From Spirogloea muscicola (Eukaryota): a stretch of DNA of 64,000 nucleotides. The translations under genes were made by a program, and so were the position numbers. The notes under the pieces were generated by a model that saw only the letters and a program-made list of their open reading frames with translations, did not search any database and had not been told where the DNA came from. Shown in pieces: positions 13,025-25,237 of this stretch; position 1 is the first letter of the stretch, and every line of letters begins with the position of its first letter. The stretch lies in contig WELB01000002.1 in assembly GCA_009602725.1 (NCBI GenBank), forward strand, positions 1,218,185 to 1,282,184, written 5' to 3'.

Positions 13025-14291
13025 TCGGCGCCCGGCAGGGTGTCCCTCCGCCGCTCCGGCCTGTGGGGCAGGGGCGCGCCCGTGGCGGGCCGATCCGGGA
13101 GGGGCTCGCCGGCGCTGCAGCGGAGACCGCCGCCAGTCTCGGTACGCGCCGACGGCGGGGCCGCCTCCGCGCCGTCCGGTCCGCCGGGATCAGCGCGCTG
13201 GTCGCTCTGATTGCCGGCACTGAGGGCCGTGCGCTCGCGTGGGCGCCGCCTCCTGCAGGCGCGGCTGTTCGGGCCGGCCATCTTCGAAGCGCACAAGCTG
13301 CGGGTGCTGTTCCTGGGCGTGGACGAGAAGAAGCACCCGGCCGTGGACAAGCACCCGCGCACGTACACGCTGACGCACTCGGACCTGACCGCCAAGCTGA
13401 CGCTCGCCGTCTCCCGCGAGTTCAACAAGGCCCAGGTGGGCGCTCCTGCCATAGCAGCGGTGGCGCTCGCCCGTGGCTCCCTGCATGGGTGCTCTAGCTC
13501 CTTGGGGCTGTCGTGCCAGACAGCGCAAGGTGTTGGGGGAGGGTACTGGCGATCTTGACTCTCACTTGCCGCACACCCGGTGCCCTGCATGCAGTTCACC
13601 AACTGGTACTCGAAGCTGCAGCGGGACGAGGTGCTGGCAGTATGGCAGAACATCACCGGACAGCTCGCGCTGCACGTCCACTGCCACATCAGCGGCGGCC
13701 ACTGGCTGCTCAACACCATCGCACAGCTCCGCTATGCGATCTTCCGCAAGGAGCTTCCCGTGGTGCGATTCGGCCAGAGCTGCTGAGGCTGCAACTGCAT
13801 GGCTGCTGCATGCATGCGGTGTCAGGCAGGTGTGCAGAGCTAGGTATGTTGAGCACCCTCAAAGATTGCAGTTGATCTGATTTGTTTTTATATTGGCTGA
13901 ATTCCAGGTCCTGGAGGCTTTCCTACATGGTGATCGTGCTCTTTTTGAAAAGCACCCTGGTGAGGTTGCTAGGGAGGTTGCTAGGGATGATCACAAGTGG
14001 CAGAGACCTCATGCACAGCAGCTTTTGCAGTGGACGGGATGCATGTAAAACCGCGATGGTTGCTGTCCTTGCCACTTTGCTCATGCTAAATCTGCTCATG
14101 CAGATCTGGAGGAAGCCCCGGTTTATGTGCACTTCCACAGCAACTTGCCAGAATATAACAAGCATGAATGCTGGGGTCCGCTGGCCATGGCCTCGAAGAT
14201 CGGGGCATCCACCCTGTTGGATGCGCCCTGGCCGACTGCAGAGGTTTTGTGGCCTGTTCCAGCGGCAGATGCAAATCAGAGTAGGTCCTGA
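13025..14291 (+). CDS. SGR: STAY-GREEN Mg-dechelatase, 5' end truncated at n (13024), multi-exon
   Basis: ARLFGPAIFEAHKLRVLF..PRTYTLTHSDLTAKLTLAVS; LQRDEVLAVW..LHVHCHISGG; VYVHFHSNLPEYNKHECWGPL; TGA at 14289-14291. Confidence 0.92.
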
Positions 14292-14754
14292 CAATAGCTT
14301 ACCGCAAATGGCAGGTCACAACAGTCAAGTGAACTGCTGACGACATGGTGTTATTTGCACCATAGCTGCTGATTGCTCTTTCATCCAGTAGGTAGTACTT
14401 TCCACCAGGCGACACTGTGAGAGCTTTTTAGACTGTACAAATTGTATAGCTCCATCGCAAGGCATCCGTTTGAATTGATGCAATTGCAAGAAGTACTGCC
14501 ACAATCTGGTGGCAAATAGAGATGTCATAGAGAAGGACAATGGAAAGAGACGCATTCTTTGTGGATTGTAGGAAGTTTCAGTTTGTGTACATAACAATTA
14601 TAGCATGTTGGCACTGGATGCCAGTTTGCATTGACAGAAGTGGATTTCGTACACCAGACACTGGATCCTTGCTGAGTAGTGGATCAGTGTGTTCATGCGC
14701 CTCATACTGACTCCAACCCTATCACAGCCCACAGAGGAAGAGCTCACAGGCAAC

Positions 14755-15505
14755 TGCATACATGTATATACATGTACATATATATTTTAAAAATTCAACG
14801 ATTTATATACGTGTACACACACATGCACATGCACATGCACATGCACATATACAGATATACACAATATGCACATTTACGTGTACACACATTCACGTTTTTA
14901 CACATTTACATGTTTACATGTATACACACAAACACACATATATATATATATATATGTATAGAGACCGCTTATGGTCTCTCTTATTATTCAGTGAGTGTTT
15001 CCGAATTAATAAATCATGCTTGTTTAGGCTTGAGTATCCTTGAGTGCTGGTCCACTTATTTACGCTGTGTCAAATAAATAAACACAAATACATAACACCC
15101 ATTGAAACTCATACACAGATATTAATAAGTACTTTATTGAACTACATACGTTTCAATATATCTACATTAGAAGTATACAAGCATCATAACCACACATATA
15201 ATCACAGACATATATGTACTCAAAGAAATAAATATGGACATACACACAAAATACATGTATACGCCCTATGCATAACGTGCAAGAATATAAGTTCAAATGA
15301 TCATAATATATCAATCATATACATGTAATATGTGTATATCTGAGTGTATACATACATCTGTATAAGCCATACTTATATATATGTATACAGTATATATATA
15401 TATATATATATTCAGTTGCCTGCATATTTGTCATATATACAAGAATATATCGACCTATAGACATGATATGGTAGTATTTATATATGAGTACGCATATATA
15501 TGTAC
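14755..15505. repeat. AT-rich (TA/CA/TACA) low-complexity island
   Basis: Degenerate TA, CA and CATG runs, sharply AT-richer than the flanks. Confidence 0.8.
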
Positions 15506-15878
15506 AGAAAACACCCCCCTTTCCTCTTCTCCTGCTGTCCTAAGAAGCATCCTAAGCCTTGTGAGAGAGAGTGAAGCAGTGAAATGCAACTGGCTGAGTA
15601 CCGGCAGCTGCACAAATCTCGTGCGCTCACGACTGTAAGGTCAAAATGCAGAATTGCAATACACAGTCAACACTCCAACATCCACATCACTGGCTGTAAA
15701 GATGGGCTGACTTTGCCAAGTACAGCATTGGCGTTGCCATGTACTGCTCACTACTAAGGAGCTTGTAAGTGAACAAGGCAAGTGGACACAAGTAAGGCTT
15801 GAAAATGTAAGCCGTGGTGCATGCCCGAAAAACAATGCTAGGTACAAAGTAGTGACTAGAACGAGAAACTTGCTCCCA

Positions 15879-16990
15879 CTACAGAGGGTCCACGTCAATG
15901 ATGTCCGCAGCAGTGCCAGCTGAATGGTCCTTGCGGGGCTGCCAAACCACCTGCCGACACTGGCTGCAAAGCACCACCTGCCGCCTGGGCCCAAGGAACT
16001 TCCTGCCACAGGTCGAGCACGTCCCCTGCACAGTCACAGAATGCACGCTGTACATTAGCAGCACATGGATGAGCGCAGTGAGACGAACGAGGCTAAAAGA
16101 GAACACTCCACACAAGTGAGTCCGAAGATGTGAAAGCAAGGTGCCCCCATCCTGCCTACGCACCTCGACGATGGCGCTTGTTGCTGCCCTCCGCAGTAAG
16201 AGTGGGCCTGCCAAGGACAGAAGGCCAAAAGACAGGAAGAACAGCCGGAAGAACCATCCCGAAAGGACAAACCACGCCATGAAGACGTACTGCACACGGA
16301 AGGAAAGCTAGTCAGGGTGCGCTACTAAGGAGAGCACTCGAAGTCATTGAGCAATCGCGCATCAGACATTGCTGCGAACGACCTCAGTGGCACTCTTGAG
16401 AAGCTCACCGTCAAGAGCTTGCCGATGGGCGATGCAAAAAACGCGTTCAGCTGCCGTTGATACTGACGCCGACACACACAAGCGGACAAGAGAGCAGCTC
16501 ATTGGTCTGGCTGCTCCAACTGCCCGAGAGCAGCATGCAACATCGGCAATGAGATGTAGCCCTAAGTCACGTCTCAACCAAGCATGACCCCTTGCAGGAC
16601 ACAAAGACTAGCAGCTACTCCTTCTGCATAGCAGATTGGACAGGCAAGACAAGCTAGACGCCTGCCGCAAACATAATGTTCTAACAGGTCTTGAGTTGCT
16701 CCAATTGCCCGTCAATAGCGTGCAACAATGGCAATGACACGTAGCCCAATGACACGAACTGTGGTCCTTGGCGGTGCAGAGGTGATTGCAGCTGGAAAGC
16801 AGTTGTCTGGAAAGCAGATCGGACAGGCACGACCAGCTGGATGTTGCCAAACTGCCTGGGCTCAGGGATCGTACCGACGGCCAGTGACGGCGCACGTCGG
16901 TGGCAAACAGCCGCCATCGCCGGCTGAGGCCCAGCCGCTCGTCCGTGCGGGCGGCCTGCTGCTGGGCGCCGGCGGCCGCGCGGCGGGCGC

Positions 16991-16991
<1 letters not shown>
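15879..16991 (-). CDS. Conserved plastid-type membrane protein with C-terminal CxxC-CxxC zinc ribbon (AT2G44870-like), 5' partial
   Basis: RRWRLFATDVRRHWP; hydrophobic WFVLSGWFFRLFFLSFGLLSLAGPLL; GTCSTCGRKFLG..VLCSQCRQVVWQP..IIDVD. Confidence 0.7.
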
Positions 16992-17086
<95 letters not shown>

Positions 17087-17893
17087 NNNNNNNNNNNNNN
17101 NNNNNNNNNNNNNNNNNNNNNNNNNNNNNNNNNNNNNNNNNNNNNNNNNNNNNNNNNNNNNNNNNNNNNNNNNNNNNNNNNNNNNNNNNNNNNNNNNNNN
17201 NNNNNNNNNNNNNNNNNNNNNNNNNNNNNNNNNNNNNNNNNNNNNNNNNNNNNNNNNNNNNNNNNNNNNNNNNNNNNNNNNNNNNNNNNNNNNNNNNNNN
17301 NNNNNNNNNNNNNNNNNNNNNNNNNNNNNNNNNNNNNNNNNNNNNNNNNNNNNNNNNNNNNNNNNNNNNNNNNNNNNNNNNNNNNNNNNNNNNNNNNNNN
17401 NNNNNNNNNNNNNNNNNNNNNNNNNNNNNNNNNNNNNNNNNNNNNNNNNNNNNNNNNNNNNNNNNNNNNNNNNNNNNNNNNNNNNNNNNNNNNNNNNNNN
17501 NNNNNNNNNNNNNNNNNNNNNNNNNNNNNNNNNNNNNNNNNNNNNNNNNNNNNNNNNNNNNNNNNNNNNNNNNNNNNNNNNNNNNNNNNNNNNNNNNNNN
17601 NNNNNNNNNNNNNNNNNNNNNNNNNNNNNNNNNNNNNNNNNNNNNNNNNNNNNNNNNNNNNNNNNNNNNNNNNNNNNNNNNNNNNNNNNNNNNNNNNNNN
17701 NNNNNNNNNNNNNNNNNNNNNNNNNNNNNNNNNNNNNNNNNNNNNNNNNNNNNNNNNNNNNNNNNNNNNNNNNNNNNNNNNNNNNNNNNNNNNNNNNNNN
17801 NNNNNNNNNNNNNNNNNNNNNNNNNNNNNNNNNNNNNNNNNNNNNNNNNNNNNNNNNNNNNNNNNNNNNNNNNNNNNNNNNNNNNNNNNNNNN

Positions 17894-18182
17894 GATGGGC
17901 TTGCCAGCTGCATATCTGTCGCTCTTGCGACGTCGAGTTTCGGCCTGTTTGCAGCGTGCTCAGGCTAGTGCCTTGCACCAGAAAGCTGGGCGAGCTCTAG
18001 TAGGTGGCAGAAGGGCTCCGTTCCTGGCATCTAGTATTCATGCATCGAGTAGTGACCTTTATGTTTTGACCCGTGGTTATTGAGCGGGTCAATCTGCTGT
18101 AGGTTATGTAGATTTTTAGATGTGCTTGCCTTTGTACCTGGCCATTTGGCCTACATTTCTTTCTAATACACGATCTCTTTCC
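17894..18182 (+). mobile_element. 3' end of a CRE-like (RLE-type) non-LTR retrotransposon, copy 1; 5' end lost in gap
   Basis: Encodes LRRRVSACLQRAQASALHQKAGR..DLYVLTRGY*, homologous to the copy at 21490-21961. Confidence 0.65.
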
Positions 18183-18239
18183 TATGCCAAGGGGGCGAAG
18201 GGCCCCAATCCTCAATGGGCGAGCCCTTTCTATGCCAAG

Positions 18240-18483
18240 AAACTTTTCGTGTATTTGAAACAAACGAAGGCCAAATGGCCGAGTACAAAGGCAAGCACAT
18301 CTGAAGACCTACATACTCTACGGCAAATTGACCCGCTCAGTAACCACGGGTCAAAACATAAAGGTCGCTAGTCGATGCCTGAATACTAGATGTCAGATAC
18401 GAAGCCCTTCTGCGACCAACTAGAGCTCGGCCAGCTTTCTGATGCAAGGCATTAGCCTGAGCACGCTGCAAACAGGCCGAAAC
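18240..18483 (-). mobile_element. CRE-like retrotransposon 3' fragment, copy 2 (inverted relative to copy 1)
   Basis: Reverse complement aligns along 17937-18172. Confidence 0.7.
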
Positions 18484-18484
18484 A

Positions 18485-18829
18485 AGGAAAATGCGTGTAT
18501 ATTAAGTGATGGGGAGGCCATGTGTGGCCAAGTACAAAGGCAAGCACATTGGACAAATGTACGTCACCTGCTGCTAAGCTGACCCGCTCAGTAACCACGA
18601 GTCAGCACACAGAGGTCGCTAGCTGACGCTCGAATACCGGACGGCAATTGACTAGCTCTTGTGCCAGCAGCTAAGGCTCGACCAGCTTTCTGATGCAGAG
18701 CATACGCCTGAGCTCGTTGCAGACAGGTTGACACTCGACGTCGCAGAAATGACAGATAGGCTGCCGGCATACCCATCTGGGCTGGGAGCATATCCTCGCG
18801 TCGTGCTTATCCCAGACTCGCTATGTTCT
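18485..18829 (-). mobile_element. CRE-like retrotransposon 3' fragment, copy 3
   Basis: Near-identical reverse complement of 21612-21961; encodes RRRVSTCLQRAQAYALHQK..DLCVLTRGY*. Confidence 0.75.
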
Positions 18830-19255
18830 AAACAAGGGGGCTGAGAGGTGCGCAGTGTACAGTACAGTACTTGGTTAAGCTTGGAGCGGTCCATGACACG
18901 AAGCACTTGATGCTAGCACGACTCCGGTCGCCTCGTCCGGCGGGCAGAGGGCAGCCGATTCCGACCCAAAAGCCACAACATCTTCAGCCCTGACGCCGGT
19001 TCTGCCGCTGCCGTGTCCAGGCGTCAGACCAGGTCCACGCCGCTAAGCCACCAACGGCCGCTCGCCGCCGAGCCAGGGCCACCATAGTCGTCCAAAGAGC
19101 CTGCCAGCGCCCGCCGTGGCTCGTGCCGAGGCGCCCGCGGCCGGCGTGGAGTCAGAGGACCGCCGTTGCCCACCGGAGACGCGTCTGGAGCGGCGTCGAG
19201 GCTGCTGCTGCTGCCGCAGACGGCGGCGCCGGTCGCTGGCGATTGAGCATCGGGA

Positions 19256-19708
19256 TGGCGGAGGCCATGGCGGAGCCTGAGGTGCTGACGCTCCTGGAGC
19301 TCGAGAAGGCGCGCCTCGAGAACGCCCTGGCGCATCTGCGCCAGTCCAATGCTCAGCTCGCCGAGGCCCTCCAAGCGGGGCCGGACGCCGACTTCGAGCA
19401 GGCGATCAAGGTGCGGCTTGTCAGCAAAGAAGATGTTGGTAATCGGTATGTAGCTGGAGCTAGCCTTGGAACAGCTTGCTAGTGGCAGTCTCCACCATGG
19501 GCTGTGCAGCATGCTTGTGCAGTTATTCAGCACCCCTCCATGCTTGACTGCATGAGAACCTGCTGACTGTGCTTGCTTTCAGTGTAACATATCTTCTCAT
19601 TTTGTCTGTGAGCGCCTCTGACAGGAAAATTTGGTGGTCATAAAGGAGATGGAGGAGAAGGTAGCGAGGCTGCAAGACGAAGTTGAGGAACTGAAGTTGA
19701 GGTCGTAA
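19256..19708 (+). CDS. Small coiled-coil protein, Tma17/Adc17-like (exons 19256-19410, 19625-19708)
   Basis: LENALAHLRQSNAQL..DADFEQAIK|ENLVVIKEMEEKVARLQDE; in-frame GT-AG splice. Confidence 0.6.
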
Positions 19709-21489
19709 ATTGGCCCTGCATTGTGGTCTACTTTGCATTCCAGTCCGTTTCCTTCGAATCACCTGGAAACAACCGCTGGTTCCACCTCTTGTGAGTATCC
19801 ATTTGCTACATATATCTGGCATGGACAAGCTGTGCCACCTGCATCGTCTTCACATTTTTGTGCATCTTTGCTTCTAGAAAGTGCTTGGTCAACGTCATCT
19901 TGTGGAGTCAGTCAGTCGCAGCTGTTTCAGCTGCAAGGACGGCGTATCCAGAAGCTCGAAGGTGATGTTCCTGCGCATGACGCACTTCTACTCCTCAGAT
20001 GACAATATTAAGTAGCAATTTACAAGTACAAACTGCAGCAGACAATAGCTGCCTTTTTTGAGATGTCTGCAGGTTCCTCCAACTTGTGCACAAGGACAAA
20101 TACAAAGCACCAGCAGAGGACTGCAAGCCCATCTTGATTGAAGGGAGCACAGGCTGCCTCCCACAAGAAACGATGGGCTTCACCGACCCATATTGGTCAA
20201 CTCCAGCTACAGGCACCTACAAAACAGATTATGGCTTTTTCAGGCCTACAAAGTGCGACGCCCTCCAACAGAGCCTGACACTTTCCAACATAGATCTGTA
20301 TATAATTGTGCTACACAGGCATTCACCTGAGAGCTTCTTAGTGAGTGATAGGTCGGGCAGTGAGCATGATGTGATGCTCTCAAGCTGAAGAATGACGACA
20401 GGAAGCGTGTGTTTGCCACATCTCTCGATCACGTCATTTTGGCCATTGGATGGCCTCATGCCACCAGAGAGCTACTCTAGCCTGCATGTGCATGCACAGG
20501 AGAGCGCGTTGCTTTCCCTGTGGTAATATACCAATTAAGTAGACATTAGCCAACGTGGTTGTAGCAGTTGCTGGTGGCCTTTCTGATGCGCCCACAGACT
20601 GTCAAAGACGGTCTATGCCATGGTGCCAAGCGAAGCTTTCATCTAATGCAAAGTAACTGAAGAGTAGTCACAAACAGCAAGCTAGCTCTGCTTGTTCACC
20701 ACCAGTTTGACATTGTCATCCCTTTCTGTATTTCGACAACCACTTCTGTGATTGTCTTCATGTCAGAATTTACTGGAAGGCATGTAGCGAGTCTTCTTTT
20801 ACTTGTCAATAACCAAAAGCGACAGGTCAGCAGCCCCTGCTGCCGTCGAGGACTTCTAGGACCACTACTTCACATTCGTGAATGCAAGAGACTTACTTGG
20901 ATGCGTCAAGCATGCTATGCGCAAAGCTTTATTGTGATTCTCACCTTCAGCCCCCGTGGAATAGCAGAGGGGCACTATTCCAGAGGGGCCAGTGCCATTT
21001 CGCTATTCCAGAGGGGAACTGGCCCAAACTCGTTTCAAGCGCCCTGCGCGCCTGCTCCCGAGAAGAAACAGCTATACCATTGTAAGGCAATAAAATCGCT
21101 GTGAGTTCAAACGCAAGTTAATTAGGGTGCAATCCCACAGGCGCCGGCGGGGGAGGGGATGGCGATGCATAGCGTCAGTGTCAGCCGACGGGCGATGGGC
21201 CGCAGACGCTGACGAGCTTGGGGTGGCCCGCCCGGTCGCCCGGTCGCCGGAGCGCCGGTCAACGCCAGGAGGGAGGGAGGGGCCGGGGGCAAAGATCTTG
21301 CGCGGCGGGAGGAGAGGGACGCAGCTCGTCCTTCTTTCCGTCTTCCAATGCAAAGCAGTGGCTGTGAGAGGGGGCAGCCCAATGGAACGAGCGACGGCCT
21401 GAATGGGCCGGAAGGCGCGAAGCGAGGCGCCGGGCCTCCTGGCCAGGAAACGAGCCCCTCCTCCCTTCCACACACATTGCTGGCCACGC

Positions 21490-21961
21490 AGTGGGAGGTG
21501 CTGAGCAGAAAAAGCTCCGACACTACTCAGACTACCCCCGCAGTGACCACCTCCTCCCGGCCGCAATCGACACTTTCGGCTGCTTGGGTCCTCGCTTCCA
21601 TACCCTACTCGAGAACATAGCGAGTCTGGGATATGCACGACGCGAGGATATGCTCCCAGCCCAGATGGGTATGCCGGCAGCCTATCTGTCATTTCTGTGA
21701 CGTCGAGTGTCAACCTGTCTGCAACGAGCTCAGGCGTATGCTCTGCATCAGAAAGCTGGTCGAGCCTTAGCTGCTGGCACAAGAGCTAGTCAATTGCCGT
21801 CCGGTATTCGAGCGTCAGCTAGCGACCTCTATGTGCTGACTCGTGGTTACTGAGCGGGTCAGCTTAGCAGCAGGTGACGTACATTTGTCCAATGTGCTTG
21901 CCTTTGTACTTGGCCACACATGGCCTCCCCATCTCTTAATATTATATACACGCATTTTCCT
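21490..21961 (+). mobile_element. 5'-truncated CRE-like non-LTR retrotransposon, copy 4 (RLE C-terminus with an internal TGA)
   Basis: AEQKKLRHY..LLPAAIDTFGCLGP..RRVSTCLQRAQA resembles the K..KY / PF..ET.G..G / IS..LQRGNA pattern of CRE-clade endonuclease C-termini. Confidence 0.7.
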
Positions 21962-22390
21962 CCAACGAGCTGAGCCAGCTGAGGCTGCTCCTTCGCCCGA
22001 GCTGCAGCAGCAGGCGGCCAGCCGAGCTCCCGTGACGGCCAGCCGCTGCGGCTCCCCTTCCCCCTCTCTCCCTCGTCTCCAATTCCCCTCCTCGCCCTAC
22101 AGACACCTCTCACCTTCCAGCTCCTTGGTCCTCCATCCTTCGCCTTTGCTACTGCCCAGCTCGCCTCACGCCGTGCCGGACCTACTGACGCCACCGGCGG
22201 TGCTGAGCTCGCGCGGGCCAACTTCTCCATCCCCCTTCTGCCCCTCTCATGCTCGGTGTCGGCTGCAGTCGGAGGAGCCTCGTCCACTGCCGCATGCAGC
22301 GGCCGGCAGCCCCCCGTTGCTTCGCTGCTTCCCCCCGTCCTCGCCGCTGCAGCTTGGGTTGGAGTCGGTGACGGCCGCCGATGCCACTCC

Positions 22391-24950
22391 ATGGTTCCTC
22401 GGTGGCCGCGGACGGCATGGAGGAGGAGACCCGGCCTCCCCAACATCCTCCTGGTCGTCGCCATCGTGGCAGCCGCCGCCCCACTGTCCTTAGCCAAGCA
22501 GCAGCAGCTCCATCGCCGTGCGTCACTGGCCGCTGACCTCGGCCCGCCGCCGCTACTGCCGCCGGCATCCCCACCGCCTCCCTCTGCCGGCGGCAGCAGT
22601 GGTGGCATCCCTCCTCGGCCGCCCTTGGACGCCAGTACCTGCGACCTCCTGACTGGCAAGTGGGTCGTGGACCCCGCCAGGCCGGTGTATAACTCGTCGT
22701 GCCCGTTCATTGACCCCAGCCTCAACTGCGTCGCCAATGGTCGGCCCGACCGCGGCTTTGAGCGCTACTCGTGGCGCCCCCACGGCTGCGCCTTGCCCCG
22801 CTTCGACCCGCTCGTCTTTCTGCAGCTTGCGCGCAATAAGACCATCGCGATCATTGGCGACTCCATTGCCAAATGGAACCTCTACACCTCCATCATGTGC
22901 CAGGTGCGCTGGAAAGGTGCTCTTTTCATTTACGTGTAAGAAGTCTGTGTACGAGGCTAAGCTTCAGCTGTACATGTCAATTCAGGTAGCACCCTCTGTC
23001 AGCGATGGCACTATACATCGGTTCAAACCTGCTCTGTGGCTAAGTGTTTCAGGGCAGCCGAGAAGTATGATCACAACCACTGGATATGCATCACTGGCTT
23101 TTAAAAAAGCAAAACAATTGTAATTTTTCCATAGTCTTGAGCATCTTAGCCTGGACACATGAAAGTGTTGTGTGTCACCTTTGACCCTTGCGCTCTCTTG
23201 CCAATTTCTCTCTAGCCAATTTGCCGTGCGTGCAGATTCACCAGGTCGCGACGACAGTCAAAACGAAGAACAAGCTCCCTATCAGCAAGGTCAAGGACTA
23301 TACAGTGCCAGCGTATGGAGTCCGTGTAATCTGCATATTTGCGCAATTTTTGGTGTCAGCTGCCACCTCCGACACCAAAGTGTACACGAATTTAGGAGAC
23401 TTGTACCCCACAGAGCAGGTGTCAAGCACAAATAGCAACTCGAGCATGACATGCTGCACAAGCATGTCCTGTGTATATGTTCAGTATGATCTGGTTTGAG
23501 CAGAGGAAGGACTGTGAGTGCGAGTTGTGCAGAAGAGTTCCGCATGGTCGTGTCTTACTGAAATGGGAACCTGGAATAGGACCAGACTCTGCGGACCAGA
23601 AGGTCTTCGAAAAGTGTTGCAGATGCATATACCACGGCGTTTGTTAGACTTCTGGAGAGTGATTAATGCCATACATTGCATGAGTCTTTGACTTCTGCCA
23701 CAAGTATCTGACTGGAAGGAGTTGTTTCTACGCAGAAATTTATTGTGGATGTAAAGAAGCCCAGCTCAACTTGGTCCAAGTACTTGGACGATTTTGACAT
23801 CCTGGTATTAGAATCCGGCTGGTGGTGGCAAGGGGAGCGAATCTTTGTTGACACCAGCTCGACGCTCATCCCAGGCGCCACGTACCAGTCCGCATACAGG
23901 TAGTCCTGCTCATGGATCTGCCCTTGCGACAGCTATCAAGTTTTTGTGTCCTCGTTTGATTCTTTTAAGTAGCACTAGCTGCGTGCTCAGGTCGAGGAAT
24001 ACAAGGAGAGAGTCATGGGTGCATTTGGGTCGAAAGTCGAGGTGCATATAAATCAGAACAGGCATCAGCGTCACCTTTCAAGACAGACTGTAGTGGGTGT
24101 TTGCCAGTACCTAATAGTGGGCCTAAGAGCCCCGAGCAGAGAGCCCATGTACACCTCAGGCTTTGAGATTTGGTGACTTGGTCGTTCCGCAGATACAGGT
24201 CATATCTCCTTTGCTGACAAGCTTCCCTGCTCTCAGGTTCTGAAATTTGACACAATTTGCAAGATGCAGGACTGCCTTGAAGACGGTAAGGGATTACATT
24301 CAGGAGGAGAGCAAGTGGTCAGGAATCCCATTTTTGATGACTGTTCCGGCTGACCATCCGTTCAGCCCATTTAGGGCACCCCCTGGATCTACTTGTGGGG
24401 CACTAGGCCCCATCAATGACAAGAAGGTAAGCAGTTTCCCGCTCACCTATGAAGAGACAGAGATCGGCCAAGTCAATGTCCATTCCCGCTCACAAAAGCG
24501 CGTTGCCATCTCTCATATCGTGGAGTTTTTCAGCTGCCCAACCTGGTTAAATTTTCTCAACACTGACTGAGAATATTGACTGCACAAGCTCTAATATATC
24601 AAAACGATGGTGCACACTTGTGACAGGTGAGACTGCTGGCAAGTCAGACGCAGGCCCTGCGAGACTACCTCCCTGTTGAAAGCAGTGTCCTTGAGGACTC
24701 ATCCTTCAGGATACTGGACACTGCATATCAGAGCGCGTACAGGCCAGATGGTCATCCCGGCATCTGGTCTGTAGCTGGAGGTGCAAGCAACACCAATGCG
24801 TCAGACTGCTTGCACTACTGCACCCCTGGCGTCCCAGACATATGGGTGGACATGTTGTTAGCTCTGCTGCTCAGGGAGCCAACTCTGAACCCTGGCGGTG
24901 TTTACAGCAGAGTATTTCAAAGAAGGTCCAAGAAGGGACGCAGATCTTAG
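22391..24950 (+). CDS. Trichome-birefringence-like (PMR5N + PC-esterase) polysaccharide O-acetyltransferase, multi-exon
   Basis: N-terminal hydrophobic anchor; CDLLTGKWV..CPFID..NCVANGRPD..YSWRPHGCALPRFD; GDS motif; RPDGHP..DCLHYCTPGVPD. Confidence 0.92.
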
Positions 24951-25237
24951 CCTGGCTAGCATCGTGGGTTCAAAAGGTGTGGACCCGCAAGCTGGGTCAG
25001 CCATTTCGATTACATAGCCTTAAACCAGGACAGTCACCATGAATTGTAAACATCTTCATCAGTGTACGTCTCGTTAGCATGCCATAGTGCCCTACATACG
25101 ATGAATTGTTAACAGCAAGATGGTCAATGATGGACTTTCAGCACAAGGTCAGGTGGGATGATTTTGCACATAGCCGGGTGCAACATCAGTCAAGTTTTTA
25201 TATTCCCTGATACACATTAAGGCTAGAAATCCACATT

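Noticed and set aside
20000..21340. Short ORFs, a small CTATTCCAGAGGGG direct repeat and a GC-rich patch
   Set aside because: No supportable protein homology or exon chain
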